64,000 bases of DNA from Raillietiella orientalis (taxonomy: Eukaryota), in contig JAYWIR010000006.1 of the NCBI GenBank assembly GCA_036172245.1, positions 496,001-560,000 on the forward strand, given 5' to 3'. Below are positions 37,601-51,084 of this stretch, one piece after another (position 1 is the first letter of the stretch; each line of letters begins with the position of its first letter). A model generated the notes under the pieces. That model was given only the letters and a program-made list of their open reading frames with translations. It ran no database searches and was not told where the DNA came from. The translations under genes were made by a program, and so were the position numbers.

Positions 37601-38175
37601 CCGCGTCGGAGGCCACGTGGTTGCGGTCTCTGCTGGTGGCACCACCAGGCGTCACGGGTTCGAATACTCGGAAAAAATCGACTCCAAGAGAAGGGGGTTG
37701 CGTCGTGAATTCGCGAGTTCCTCCTGCAAGATTATGCTGGTTGGCCTGCATTCGGATGCGGCACCGGTAGCAGTTCAAACCGGATGCCCCGATGAGTGGC
37801 CGGGATTTGGTAGTCGACCTTCCAGGTTTTTTCCAGGAAGTGAATCAAAGGAGTCCAGTTCCCTTCGGGGTTTCCCTCCAGTTGTGCAAAGGAGTGTGTC
37901 GCTCCCTTCTAAGACTTCGGAAAGCAAAATGCACCCTTTGAGATGCCCTTCTGAGAAATTTCAAAAGCGTCCCTTCGAGGTTCTCTTCAGAGGAGCAAAC
38001 AGGAGCGGTTTCCTTGCGGGTTCTCTTCGGAGGAGAAAAATGGAGAGGAACTTTTTAGGGGGTCCCTCCGGAGAGAATAAAAAAGGATATTCCCTTTGGA
38101 GTTACTTCGGAGACAACCAGGATGGAGAATTCCCTTCAGGGATCCCTCCCCAGGCATGAGAGGAACGGGACTTCC
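37601..38175 (+). repeat. Dispersed repeat copy A with tRNA-like head (possible SINE)
   Basis: Homologous to 47215-47923 on the minus strand; shared block approx. AAGCGTCCCTTCGRGGTTCTCTTYAGAGGAGYRAACAGGAGCGGTTYCCTTGCGGGTTC. The head has GTCGGAGGC..GTGGTT..CGGGTTCGAATACT (B-box-like). Confidence 0.75.
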
Positions 38176-38249
38176 TTCTCTGGACCCCACAATCGTTCGA
38201 AAGTTCCCTCGTATTCCCTTTCCTGGACTAGGTCACTCCATCCCCCTTC

Positions 38250-40350
38250 GCATGTAGGAGGCAATGACTTTGGGATGCCTGCTGCATTATTCCTCCAGTA
38301 TGGCGATCACCGTCCATCGCACGTGGCAGAGCATCGTCAGCGACGAGGTGGCCGGCAGGCCTGGAGACGTCGACTTCTCTCTAAAAAGGTTTCCTGGGAC
38401 GGTGAAGTGGAACCGACGTGCGTTGGCGATGCTCCCCCATCCCTGACGCAGCCTCCCATATCCCGGAAGTACGTGAGAGAGCGCCTCCGCTGTCCCGCAG
38501 GGGAGCATTCCTTGGGTACTCGCCCCCCTGGGGCTTGGTGGCTTTCCTCGCTTCAAGGGAGACCCCGGTATACCTGAGAGATGGATGGCCTGCGGGTGGT
38601 AGCGGAGACGGAGGCTTTCACCAGGAAGTACGAGATCTCAGAGTTCTCCCGGAGATCCTATCCATCCTTCGGGACCCCGAACTGGAACTTTGGGGCTGGA
38701 CTCGTCCTCCAGGAAAGAGATTTTCTGCCAGTTGGGTGACTTTGGAGAAAAAGGGAGGTCACCTCCCTCTCTGCGAGAGCATCCTCTTCTTTTCGGCCCC
38801 AAATGTTTCTCCCCCTCTTTCTCCCCCTTCATCCTCTCTTGGAAAAAATCGCCAGACGCCGCTCCGCCCTCCAGCAGCGCGCTGGATTCAGTGGAAGGTT
38901 GCCAGGGTGATTAAAGAAGAGAAACCCACTCGTCCCTCCTGCGCCTTGAAATCTGGGGCATGAAGGAGTCGATTCCAGAAAACCTGCTGAAATCTGGGAA
39001 TTCCGGAAGGCAGGAGATTCCGAAGGAGAGGGGGTGGAGGAGGGGAATCGGCTCAAGCCGGTCCTTTCCCGTGAGGGAACGAGGTATGCCGGGAACTCCT
39101 TCCTCGCTCCTTGAGCTCGGGTCCTCGAGCGAGGTAGACCGGGACTCGCAGAAGCGAAGACATGCTTCCTGAACGCTTCCCATCCTCTTTGGCGAGCTCA
39201 GCCAAAAGCTGTAGACGCCGCGCGCCGAGAGCAAGCGACGAATGCAGCACCTACCCTTCATTTCTTCCGCGTCCTTCTTGCGCTTTAAGCAGGCAGGTGT
39301 GCGCTCTTGTGGGCACGCCAGAGCGTTTCGGTTTCTCCCACAAGATGACCTGCACCTTCCTCCTGTTTTGTTTCTGACTTAGGACCACGGTCGACGAAGA
39401 TCCATTTGTCCGAACGAGCTCACTTCGAGATTCCTCCAGAGTGCGAACCTCGAGCGCTCTCCCCACCCCTTCCGTTCTCTTCTTCCTGCCCGGCGGCATC
39501 GCCGAGGCGCATTTCGCGTTTTCCTGATGGGAACCGAGGGATGGTGCTCTTTCAGATGCTCCTTCGCCTCCTCCATCTCCTTCCTTTCACGAGGCATTGC
39601 TTCCCAGAATTTCCTGGCTTGTCCCGGTTGAAGCAAGGAACTTCCCAAGGAGTGTTGGGCGGGCCGACCTTGCGCACGCATTGCTTCCTCCATTCCCGGA
39701 GTACCCGGAGCACTTGCGCGTGACCCGGATTGCGTTTCCAAGGGTCGGCCTTGTTCTGGAGCATCTCCCCTTCCACTGTTAACGCTCACATGCCCTGCAA
39801 CACCTCGTAGGGAGAGCCGTGCGGGCGTCCATTTTTGCCGAGAGGGCTGCGGGAACAGCCGACAGCAACTCAGATGAGGTATCGGGGGTGGAACTGGGAA
39901 GAAGAGGGAGAGGTGAGCAGAGCGAATCCCGAGTGTGACAGCAGAAATCGTGCGGCGCTCTCCGTGGTGCACGCGTCGACCGCCACATGTGGCGGATCCG
40001 CGCAACCGTCGATTCCGGAAGTCCAGTCTTGAGCAAGCTGCCATCTCATTCCTCCCTCTTCTCACCCCGCTCAACTTGACGCTCTCTAATGGCCAGCCCG
40101 ATCGTCTATCTGAACTCAGTGATGCGATCTCTGGATCCTGCGCAAGCGCGCCGCCGCTTTTCCAACAGCTGGCTGCGCCGGTGGCCGCCGATCGGTGGCG
40201 TCCCATCAACAGCGCCTGCAGACTCAAGAGCAAGCAAGCAGGAATCTGCGGGATCGGGCAGTCCCTCGAGCGTGCTCTCGGGACGTTTGGGGAACGTTCC
40301 AATCCTTTCAAGTGGCACGGAGCGCACGTGCTTCCGCGAACGGATTCCAG
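38250..40350 (-). mobile_element. Possible highly decayed non-LTR retrotransposon (APE-type, L1/Tx1-like) ORF2 remnant
   Basis: Weak motifs in the expected order on the minus strand: SRLDF (endonuclease SRID-like), PWKRN (WKLN-like), LKRGKPPSPRG (KSPGPDG-like). No intact RT YADD or QG motif seen. Confidence 0.25.
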
Positions 40351-43300
40351 CGGGAGAAGATGCCAGATTTCCGGTGCGAATCCCAGGCTGAGTCAAGGTC
40401 CACTGATTCGCCCTTGAGCCGCTTGATCCGTAGATGGCAGCCCACGGAACAGAGGTTGCCTTCCGTCGAAGAAAGTCGACCGTTTCGTGGGGTCAGCCCA
40501 TCCGCTCACCGGTATGATCCGTGCTCTTCAACATCCATGCGCACCGGTTTTCGGATGTTCCTCAAGCGTTCCGAGATAGGAGATCTGCGTCCCGGAGAAG
40601 CAGACTGAAGGATCAGACCTAGAAACTCTGCTCTCAAGCAGACAGCTTCTGGGCGAGTGAGCGAAGCGCCTCTGTGTGCTCTTCCCACGTCGAATGCCAG
40701 TACCTATGTTTCGAGGGCGACAGATTTTCTTTCGGTTCTTTCGGTGGAAGGTCGTTGCTTCAGGCGTCCTTGACTTACCCTGCAAGATCCTCGCCTCTTC
40801 CCTGTTGTCTGACATTCCGAACCAGCCTTAGCGGATGTCAACCTTAAGACGTTTATATCTACTAAGAAATAAATTAGTGTCTAAGTGCTGCTTCGTGTTG
40901 TGACAGGGAGTGCCTCGGGCGAGTTACCTTTATTTTTTAAAAAAAAAACCTATTTAGTGCAAACCTCATTTCTGTCTCGAGATGCCGATCTGATGCATCG
41001 ATCATTTCGCCGCTGCTTTATGAACGAAATGCCTAAAGGGAGGGCAAACTTTTGTTGAAATTTGATTTCCTGGAATTACGGAAACGGCGATGAAAGCCCC
41101 GCGTGAATCGGTAGGTCAGTAGGCATTCTTCTGACAATACTGAGAGGCAGCGCTCTCCTCAATGTTGGCAGCTAAGCCTTCAGGGAGGAATCTTTTCGAA
41201 TGCCAAGCAAACCGGAACGAGCGATGACTTCTCTGGGGTCTTCTCTTACATGATTGGCTCTTGTCCGCTGCTTACACTTGCGCAGGTTTCCGAGCTTTTG
41301 GAGTTGATTCTCATAATTGCCATGTACGCCCTCGTGATGCTCGTCCTTGTTCCACTCTTCATCCTCATCGGGGTCTCATGCTGTAGCCCCATCCTCATCC
41401 CGATGCCAAAAGGGCTGTCGCTGTGACCTTTTCATCAACGAGAAATTGTCCTGGGAGCTTTGTGAACTTGTTCTGAGCATCCTCGTGTGTGTATTCCTCA
41501 GATTCGTCTAAGTGCATCCCTTTCCGTGTTGACTCCGAACCAGAACCGTCATCTCTCTAGGAAATTCTGACCGAACCATCGAGGATATGCACACAAAAAG
41601 AGCTATCCATGGAATCGACGAAGGTCTGCTAGGAGCTCAGTTGATCGTGCTCGAAGCAGACGTTTTTAAACGCGTTCTGCTCAGAACCACGTCCCCCCTC
41701 AGCTCAGAATTGCTACCAACAAGAACAAGCTACGTACGACTGCAGACCATCCAATTCATCAGTATATTCGAGTTTTCCTTTTTTTTTTTGGCTCCCTAAG
41801 TACTCAAGGGTCATTCGCCTAAGGGGTTCACGAAGTTCTTTAGCATTGTCCACGCTACTGACGGTGTGCGTGTTGATTTTTCAAGTTAAGGGATACATCG
41901 GGAGGAAGGGAGGGGACCAGGCTATGAATCCAGGAAGACTCCGGAGGAAGAAGACCTTTCCTCTTACGCTTGGGAGCGACACGCCTGCGTTGGCGACCGT
42001 GTGACTACGGCCAGTATATTCAGCACATTTAGGTGCTTCGTAGCTGCTTTGTTTTGGGGCCGACATAGCCTATCATTGATCTCTTGAGAAGACCCAAATG
42101 TTCCCCCAATTATGTGTGACATGCGCTGTGATACAAACCAGGAGCGAACATCTGAGCGAGAGAAAATCAGCAAGAGGGAGCGAGAAGAAATCATCGCTTC
42201 CAATAAACGGAAACATCGGTGTGTCTTTTGCAGTAAATCATGACTGTCATCGAAGCAGCTGCCTGATGACGACAACGGAGAACAGGTGTCAAGTGTTCAT
42301 GTACGAAAAAGAATCGATGAGTCACAACGTTTAGCTCGAAAAGTTGTCTCGGTGTTCCGAGTCTGGATGGATCTCCACAGCATTCTTCCAGACGCTCACA
42401 TCACGGCAGCGCCAAAGATCTAAAGTAGCCCACGATCCAGGTGGGTTCTCCGCCGAAGGGAAAAGCTGGTCGCTGGAAGAGAGATCGTGAAAGAGATAGT
42501 CGGAGCTGCAAGAGCGGACAGCAAGTGTGTGCGAGGTTTTTCCCATAGGCAAGCTTCAACCTAGGGACGGGCTTAAAACCCTCAACTCGCTCTTACTGCC
42601 TGAAGACTGGGAACGAGGCTGCGTAAATTGAAACACTACTTTTGCTTATAACTTGCACGTGCCCGAGCTGCGAAATTCAAGTCTGCTTGTATCTGCTATT
42701 CAAGGATTGACAGTGGCAAAAATGTTTATCTAATGCATACCACGGAGTAGAAAATGCATGCCACGTACAAAGTGGCATTTTGTATTACTTTGCAGGGATT
42801 ATCTCCGCAAACGAACATTTACCGCCTCGCACACACTGTGTGCGAGATCGATATGTGTGCCTTGGAACGACAGTCGTGAATTTGCAGCAAAACTTGCTTT
42901 GGGACGATAGGTCAGGACATGCACGACGCTTAGTTCCGACCTATTCACACTGGCACGTGTCAAAGCCCTACCACGTTCCCCCCTGCCAAGTCAGCTAGTT
43001 TTTCTGGATGATGCAATCATCAGCGATTATTCCAATCCTCAGACGTGCTCGTGTATGCGAGCCTCTCGGCGAGCGATCTTCCTCCTCTCCTCTTCACACC
43101 ATGATCAACTCAGCTGCCTTAGAAGCAGCAGGTGGACAAGGCACAGTAAGCAAGCAGGAAAGACAAACATCCGGGAACGCTACTTCTGATATGCAGGGAC
43201 TGACTGCATTTGCAAGAAAGGAGGAAAGAAAGAAACGTCACATTCTTGTACATCGCACCGTTTTGATCGAACGTCACTCGACTTTAGCACGGAGATTTCA

Positions 43301-46300
43301 GTTGTATGCTAGGATGCCGTGGGGCACCAGCTGCTGATCTCGTATCTTTCTGATCCGTCGTCAGTTTTATCGTTTTTCATGAAGCCGCGAGAAGGCTGCA
43401 ATCTCAAATGAAGATCGCTCATATTTCAGAGTCTTGTTGTTTGGCAACTGCTCATGTATGCGCCAGCAGCACTCGGGAGTCCATTTGTATTTCTGGCCCT
43501 CGCAGAAATCAGCTTGCAGATTGCCATGTAGAACAAAGATGGAACTAGGCAATCATAATAATGAGTCCTTGATGAGCTTATTCTTCATTTGGATGTTTTT
43601 CACCCTTATCTCAGCTATTTTGGCTTAGCCGTTCACTTCCAGAAGCCCCAAAGATTATCATCCAGTAGGAATCCACTGAACAACGCAGCTGCTAGAGAAT
43701 GCATTTATCGTGCATTGATGTTGCTATGAGATTTCATGGCAAGTGCCATGAAGAATTTGCAAGATGAGCCTTTTTTTTTTTTTCTTTTAATGAAAAGGTC
43801 ATCATTCGGAAGCACTCCTTGGTGTGTGTGTGTGGGGGGGGGAAGGGAGGGGGGAATCCAACCTAACTATCGAGAAAGCAATTCTGGAATTTGGTGGAGT
43901 GAAATACGCGGGCTTAAAGGTGCCTGGGAATGCAGGAGCGAGGAAAGTGAAAGGGACGTTCGGGAGAGAAACGTGGCAGACGACTAGGATTGTTTCGATC
44001 TGAGGGATGCTTAATGCAATCGAATCCTGCTCAACGTGATGGTTATGGTGGATTGGATCATTCGATAGCAAAAACAAAGATGCAGGAGTTTGTTAATTAT
44101 GTTTTCGGATACCTCAAGGGTGCAGCTGAATTGCATAATAAGGACTCGAGCCAGTTGAAAAAGAGTAAAATGGAGAAACAGTTGCTGCATTGGGCGAAGT
44201 AGGTACTTTTTTTGCTGGTTGCTAGAAACCCATTTTGCCACGTACTGACACCATTGATTCATCGATTTCTTTTTTTAATTTGTATTTCCAGGTGCCAGGT
44301 CAGAAAAACTGGGATACTCCACTGAAAGAGCGTGCTGATCGATCACCTCCATCCAGGAAGGTTACGCGTTGCTTGGGCACGAATGCAGACCTGGCTTTTC
44401 GCAGACACATTTGAGGAATGTGCATTCCTCAGATGTCCTCCAAACCACACTTCTGGCAGCTCTCTGTCCCTTTGTCTGCTGCATCCACACGGTTCGGAGT
44501 AACTGCCTATCGGGAGCTTTACGGACCAAGTTGGATAGAGGACATCAGGAACTTTCACTTTAAGGTAACTTTTAAGTGCTCAGCTGCACACTGCATTTCT
44601 TGCGGAAGATAGATCATGGAAGATAGGTCCCAAGAAAGGGAATCGAAAGGAAAGGACCGATAATTTCAGCTCTTTATACTGCATTTCCCATAATTCAAGA
44701 TTAATTGGGAAGGGGAGGAGGGATGCCTCTTTCTTTCGCAATTCAGGACCTCCACAGCATCCGACACCCGCGGAGAAATTCCATTCCTTCAAGTCTATTC
44801 GCTTCATCCTCCAAGTGCAGAAGCCCCGCCGCTAACGCTAAGAGAAATTCTGCGGGAGGGAAACGGGTTCGGGTCGAGGAATTCTACAACTCCCAGAACT
44901 GCGTGCAAAAGTGAGCGTTGGGGATGAACCCGACTCCAGGAGGACGGCGAGAGTATCGACGAACGCTGGAGGCTGGGGTAACCCTCCAAAGGCAGGAGGC
45001 TGAGGGGCAGCTCAGCAGAGGCGCGTGAGACCTCCATCTTCGGGTTCGAGGGATTCGGCTGTGTTAGTTAGGCGCTCCTTCGTGAAATGCTCGGCTGATA
45101 AGGAGTCAGGAGGCCAAGGTCAGGAAGGAAATCTTTCTTTCTGACCGACTCCTCACTCCTCTGAGAGTTGTCTTGGAATACTGGATCCTGCTCCCCGGTC
45201 TTGCTGGCGCGAGTCATCATTCTCACGTCAATCGGCAGACCACTGGTTCGGGGACTGTGGCGAAGTCACCCCTCCGACAAACACCGGCCAAGCGATGAGC
45301 AAGGAATCCAAAGGAAAAGGGAAGACACTCCGCGCCGACAGACGCAGGGGAAGATCAAACCGTCGGATTCCTCGTCGATACAGAGTTGCTGTGAGGCGCC
45401 ATGTTCACCTCCTTGTGTTTGGGAAGGAGGAGAATCCCCCAGAGTCTGGGAACGCCTCTCGTGTGAAAATCAGCAGCACTCTGGAAGGAGGGGCGTATTC
45501 CCGTTTGCAGAGAGTGAGGGTGAGGAAAACGTCACCCGCAAGAAGTCCTTTCCGGAAGCTAGGAACATCCAGCAATTCCGGCTGGTCGCGTCCTTAGGTC
45601 GCCGCTTTGAGCGGACGATCGAAGCGTCGGGTTACCCAGAGCGCAGCTGGACTTTTCATTCAGTCCGCGCGCGCGTGCGAGGTTTCTTTCTTCGACGTCC
45701 GGCTGCGGAGCTTCTGCGCCGTGCAGAGCAAGAGCAGGCGACAAGCAGATGCAGTTTCACGCTCGCATGCCGACCTTGCAGACTATCACCGCCGATGTCC
45801 CCTCTCGAGGTCGCGCCTCCATTCCGCCTTCGCGGTTTTCACGAGGACGAGGTGCCAAGACGAATACGAAGATGAAGAAGGAGGTGGTGGAGGAGGAGGA
45901 GTTTTCAGAGGATGCATGAGGTCTGAATGGAGCAGTGAGCCGGCAGGTAGGAAGAATGAAAAAGGAAAGGGCAAGCCGCCCCTCGCTGGCGATTAGCTCC
46001 TTGATTTTCCGGGATTCCGGTAGCTCAAGGGATGGAGCCATCGGCCGATGCTGCTTCTTTTTCTGTTCCTTCCTTTCTTTTTTTCCCCAGAGCCGCTGAA
46101 ACCCAAGTGTTCCGCCACGGGTGTTTGCGTCAAAAGGGAGAGATCGCTTTGCCGGTCAGTCGCTCATGCCCTTGAACGTCCTGCGCCTCCCGTTTTCGAA
46201 AGGGAGACGCGGTCGTCCCTAAAACTCCCGGAGAAAGCCAGGACAGAGGTAATTTGGAGAGGAGGAAGTAAGGTAGCAGTGCCAAGGACCGACCGAGCGA

Positions 46301-47214
46301 GGACAAAACTCCTAGGGCTTTCCTGCTGAACAAGTAAAGCAGCTGACTCTCCTCCCAGGGTGTCCTCGCCTCCATCCCTGCGTGTGGGGAGTGGGTATGT
46401 GTGTGTGGGGGGAAATCTGGCTCGTCCGACAAATGCAGGTCCCAGGACTTTACTTGAAGGCGCGTCCGCTTGGATGCCCCTCTCCTCCGACCCTGTGGGT
46501 CTCCCACAGCGTGCCAGAGCCTCTCGCAAAAGTCTAGCGATCTCCTAGCGGAAAGGACAAGTCGCCTCAGGGGAAATGTAGTTCATTCTGAAGTCCGGAT
46601 GCCCCGTGAGGGGAGTCGGGATGAATCCCCTTTCGGCGTTTGTGCTCTCATGGTTGCCTAGAGACCACGGGACGCGAGCTTGAGGGATTGGCACGCTTCC
46701 TTCTCACTGTCCTTCCTTCGACTGGACCTCTCCTCTCTCGATTGGACGCGCGGTTCTCTACTAGAGATAGGGCGACTCATGCAGAAAAGGGGTGGACAAA
46801 GGCGGGAAGAATCTCCTGGAAGATGAAAGCATCCAATCCTGGATGAGAAAGGCTGCCCTCCGAGGGGGTGGTCCTCGCGCCCCTCTGGTCCTGACCCCGA
46901 TCGCTCTTTCGCTCTCCACCGCCGGAAGCACAAGTCAATGGCGGGCGCTCCTGATGGACTCCCACTACCATCGCCATCAATGTGGAACATTCCTTCACAT
47001 CCCCTTTTTCATCTTCGCTGTTTTTTGCCTTCCAGCATTTTTTTTTCCAGTTTTTTCAGGTTTTCCTTTTTTTTGGTTCGCCAAGTACCTCGCGTGCCTC
47101 GCAGCGCACGTGGCTCTTTAACACTGTTCCATGCCAACCGCGGAGGGTGTGTGTTATTCTTCAAGATAGGGGGCATCCCCGAAGGCAGGGTCCACCCTAT
47201 GAATCTAGGAAGGC

Positions 47215-47923
47215 TCGGAGTCCGTTCCTCTCACGCTTGGGGAGGGGGGATCGCACCTCCCACCCTGGTTGCTTCTGAAGGGAATCTCCTTCCTCATTCT
47301 CTCCGGAGGGACCCCCCGCAAGTAGGGTGTTCTTTTCAATTTCATCTTCTCCAAAGGGAACCCGGAAAGGATCCGCTAGTAGGAATTTCTTCTCCGGAAG
47401 GAACCCGCAAGGGAACCGCTCCTGTTCACTCCTCTAAAGAGAACCCCGAAGGGACGCTTCCGAAATTCAGAAGGGGCGCTGCAGCTTCCCGCAGGGAATC
47501 GCTCTCGTTTGCTTCCTTGCACTCTTCTGAAGAGGTGGCGACTCGGAGGGACCCCCGCAAAAGGGGGATCTGCTCCTTTGAACAACTGGAGAGGTGCCCG
47601 TGAGGGTTCCCGTTCCATCTTGAAACCGGAGGGGTACCCCCGGTCTGGGGGTCCGCTCTCCGTTGTACGCCCGGAAGGGGAACTCCCCACTCCTTTATTC
47701 CCGGAAGGACCCGAAGGTCGACTTCCATTGTTCCGACCTTCATCGGGAGGCCTCCGGCTTAAACCACCACCGGTGCCACGGCCGAATGTCTCGGCCAACC
47801 AGCGCCATTGCAGGAGCAACTCGCAACCCAACAGCGCAGTGACGTCAGTTTCTGCTGCAGTATTCGAACCCGCGATGCATGGTGCCATGCGTGGAAGCCT
47901 TAACCACAAAGCCTCCGACGCGG
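47215..47923 (-). repeat. Dispersed repeat copy B with tRNA-like head (possible SINE)
   Basis: Minus-strand head GTCGGAGGCTTTGTGGTTAAGGC...GCGGGTTCGAATACTGC resembles tRNA-Ser/Leu A-box (GTGGTTAAGGC) and T-arm. The body aligns with 37601-38175. Confidence 0.75.
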
Positions 47924-50223
47924 ACCATCCGCGAAACAGCGAAGAACCCAAAAGGATTTCCATCCCCTTTTTCAGATCCCCCCATCAGGGTTCATCTCCA
48001 CGGAGCGATCCCTCCTACGTGGGGATCGTCCTCTGGGTCCTGCAAGCGACGTGACGGCGAGGAAGCGCCACCGTAGGCGCCACCCCAAACACTCAGCCCT
48101 GCGAGTTCCCGCTCCCCTGGCTTTCTTTTTCCCACTAACCAGGGGCACTCTCTTTTCCAAAGACCCCTCAGGGGAAGACTTCTGCGACCCTTCATCCTCC
48201 TCAATCCCGTTCCCGGCCTCCCCTGTGCCCCTTCCCTGATCCTCCTCCACCACTTCCTTTGATCCCTTTTTTTCCCCTCGCCCCCCACTTCCTCGTGCCG
48301 CCTCCTCCTCCTTCGGGGTCTACGGCTACAGAGTGTCCGCCGCTTCTTCCGCTGACCTCACAGACAGCTTCCTAGGGATATTGGTGGGCTGTTGCTCCTG
48401 TTGCAGGGGCAGAGGACGGAGGTCCCGAGCGGGGGCCCGGGCGGACACGGCCGGGGAGCTCGCGCTGCTCCTGGAACGGAAGGAAACGTGACCATTTTTT
48501 TCTTCTTTCTTCCTTCTCCTTCCCCCTCTCCCCCGAGGGACCGACCGGAACGTTGCCGCCCCTCGAGGCATCCCTTCGGGAAGACCTCGAAGACCTGCTC
48601 CAGAAGCACAGGAGGAGGAGACGAGGCATCCCTCCAGCGAGGAACGAGGGAGAGGCGACGTTCACGCTCTCGACGGCCTCCCTTGGCCCCCTCCCCTTCC
48701 AGGGATCCCATGCTCTTCGAACTGGAGCGCTGCTGGCATCGGGCGGAGGAGCGTGAGTAGTCTCCCAGGCTACGACCCGACAGCGCACGGGGGCGGCGAC
48801 GTTCCCGGGACCCGCGATCCAGGGAAAGCAGTGCTCTCCACCTCCGCTCCTCGCTACGGCGATCCGGGGGATCTTGTCAAGTAGCGCACCTTACGAGCAG
48901 GACTACCCGCTAACCCTGCGCGTCCCTACGCCAGCCTTACGCCCGCAGAATCCCCCCCCCCCCCTTGTCTGCCGAGGTTCCCTGGCGGATGCGGTGGAAG
49001 AAAGAAAGAAAAAGGAAGTGAAGGAGGGAAGAAGTGTGCGGGACGGGGTGGCCGGCTGGTTTGGCTCGCGCGCCGCACTTGCGGCCGCGTCGCGTCGAGC
49101 GCGTGGGTCCAGTAGAGTGGGGAGGTTTCGCCGCTTCTCTCTAACGGTCTCCACCACCTTTTGCGCGTGTCGCGTAATCCTCCCGCCTCGTTTCTACCCA
49201 CTGGAAGGTCACCCAGGGGAAGGAGGAGAAGCGATCCCTGTGGATGGAATGCTCTATGAGGGAGAGCCTTTCCATTCCTTCTCCCGACGATCGCAAAGCG
49301 AAAGCTCGAATCGATTCGATCGAAAGCGAGTGCTCGACCTACTCGGAGGCAGAGGCCGCGAGGACAACGGACGGCACTCCCAAAAATCAAAAGAAGGAGA
49401 CCCCGCTGGAAAGGTGGGTCCTCAGGCGACATCCTTGTAATGGAATTTATGGACGCAGGGAGGTGTTGGTAGTAGAAACGGAGAGGGATGAGCTTCCCTG
49501 GGGCATGCGTCCCCTCCTCTCGGTGGACCATGTGCAAGGCCCCTTATTCTGATCGCAGTTCCCCTCCCCGCTGAGATCGGACCCTCACCCCCCCTTTCAT
49601 CCTTTCCTTCCTCCTCACAGATGATTAGTGGCTGCAAGACCCGCCTGCTCCCGACTGCCGGGACAAGGATGCACGGACGCAGCTTCTCGGCTGCTTCGAG
49701 GATTCGAGAAGCTCTGGGGTTGAGTTGCCAGAGGTTCTTCCGGATGAAGAGGGGAACCGTCCCCATCTCGTAGGCTGAACTTAACAGCACGAGCCCTTCG
49801 GCTGCCCCAAGGTCTGCAGAGAAAGACGCAGAACAGATTGGGGCGAACCGAAGGGGAGAAGGGGTGCGCCGAGGCAGGAAGGAAGCAGGGGTGAGAGATG
49901 CACTTTCAGGGGAGAAGGTCCACATGTAGGAGGGCTTCCCTTCCTCCCGAGGGTCCGAGAAGGAGGAGGAGGGTGAGGACAGGCGAGTCTTAGTCCTTCC
50001 TGGATCCCGGAAAGCGCACCCTCCAGAAGATTGCTCCTAGTCGGCCTGGAGTCTTCGAACGAAAGCGAAAGGGGTCGGCTGGGGACGGAGTTGCGGGCCA
50101 GACAACCACTTTTTGAGCATCCGGCCGAGTGGATGTTGCCGGTTCTCTCCTCCTTCCCCTCGAGGCATCATCGACTGGGCTCCCCTTATCCTCCCCTTCC
50201 CCGCTGCTCACCCCAGCAGGTCG

Positions 50224-51084
50224 TCAGGAGGGAAGCAAGCGATGTTTTCCTTGGAGGAATGGGAGACCGTCCCCAGGTATTCTTCGGGGGTCACCGCCTG
50301 ACGCCTGTGGGAGCAGTCCTGGCACGAAGTCCACTTGTTCCTGCAAAGAGAGCAGACACCCTGTGGCGATCAGCGCGGGGGGGTCGCGGGCGCGCCTGAG
50401 CGGACGGCGAAGGTCCACCTGCGGAGGACCGGCCTGCGCGCGAGGGTGGCGCGTTTTCCCATACCCCAGCATCCCGGGGGAGAATATCACAGGCACCGAC
50501 AGGCGATTGGAATCCTGTGCCACCAAGGCGGACAAGCGAACGCTCCTCTTCCTCCACTGTCCCAAGGACCTCTCCGCTGGTCCGACGGTGTTCCTCCTCC
50601 TCTTCTCGGATGGAAGCAGGGGAGAGAATTGGGGGACGAAGGGGTTGTCAACGAAGACGCCGATGGGCAGGGCCTCCACGATGTGCCTGCAGTGGGGGCT
50701 TGCGTGTTCTGGGCACCGGTAGCCCGCGCGCTTCTTCCTAAGGTAGCGGGTCACCGCTACGATGCCGCAGAAGAGCACCGCGAGCACAAGCGAGAACGCC
50801 AGGAGCACCACGCCCAGCTTGAAGGTCTCGTGGGTCCGATACTTGGCCAAAAACTCCGGGAACAGAGTTTTCTTCTTGGAAATCGAGATCAACAGCACTC
50901 CACAAATCAGGAAGATGAGGAAAAACACGAGCAGGATGACGGAGCACTTGGGATTGACGTTCAGCCTCCCCACGGACAAGGAGCCGTCCTCCTGCAGGTC
51001 CAGCAGAAAGGACTTGAAGAGCTTCCGGCGCTCCCTGAGGTCTCTGAGGCGGCTGCGGGTCTGGAGAGGCCTCTGGACGGGCAT
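50224..51084 (-). CDS. Probable uncharacterised two-transmembrane protein (3' end may be spliced)
   Basis: From ATG 51084 (MPVQRPLQ...) with strong C/G third-position codon bias. Two hydrophobic segments (VILLVFFLIFLICGVLLISI; LGVVLLAFSLVLAVLFCGIVAV) are followed by basic RYLRKKR. Candidate intron 50464-50341 (GTATGG...CTCTCTTTGCAG). Confidence 0.65.
   Translation of the reverse strand: MPVQRPLQTRSRLRDLRERRKLFKSFLLDLQEDGSLSVGRLNVNPKCSVILLVFFLIFLICGVLLISISKKKTLFPEFLAKYRTHETFKLGVVLLAFSLVLAVLFCGIVAVTRYLRKKRAGYRCPEHASPHCRHIVEALPIGVFVDNPFVPQFSPLLPSEKRRRNTVGPAERSLGQWRKRSVRLSALVAQDSNRLSVPVIFSPGMLGYGKTRHPRAQAGPPQVDLRRPLRRARDPPALIATGCLLSLQEQVDFVPGLLPQASGGDPRRIPGDGLPFLQGKHRLLPS

Noticed and set aside
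43990..44400. ORF ending ...SKMEKQLLHWAK, faintly like orthomyxoviral PA, followed by an intron-like GT...TTTCCAG
   Set aside because: Single weak motif; equally compatible with a host exon or chance.
47850..47919. Functional tRNA gene
   Set aside because: Acceptor and anticodon stems do not pair convincingly; treated as a tRNA-derived repeat head.
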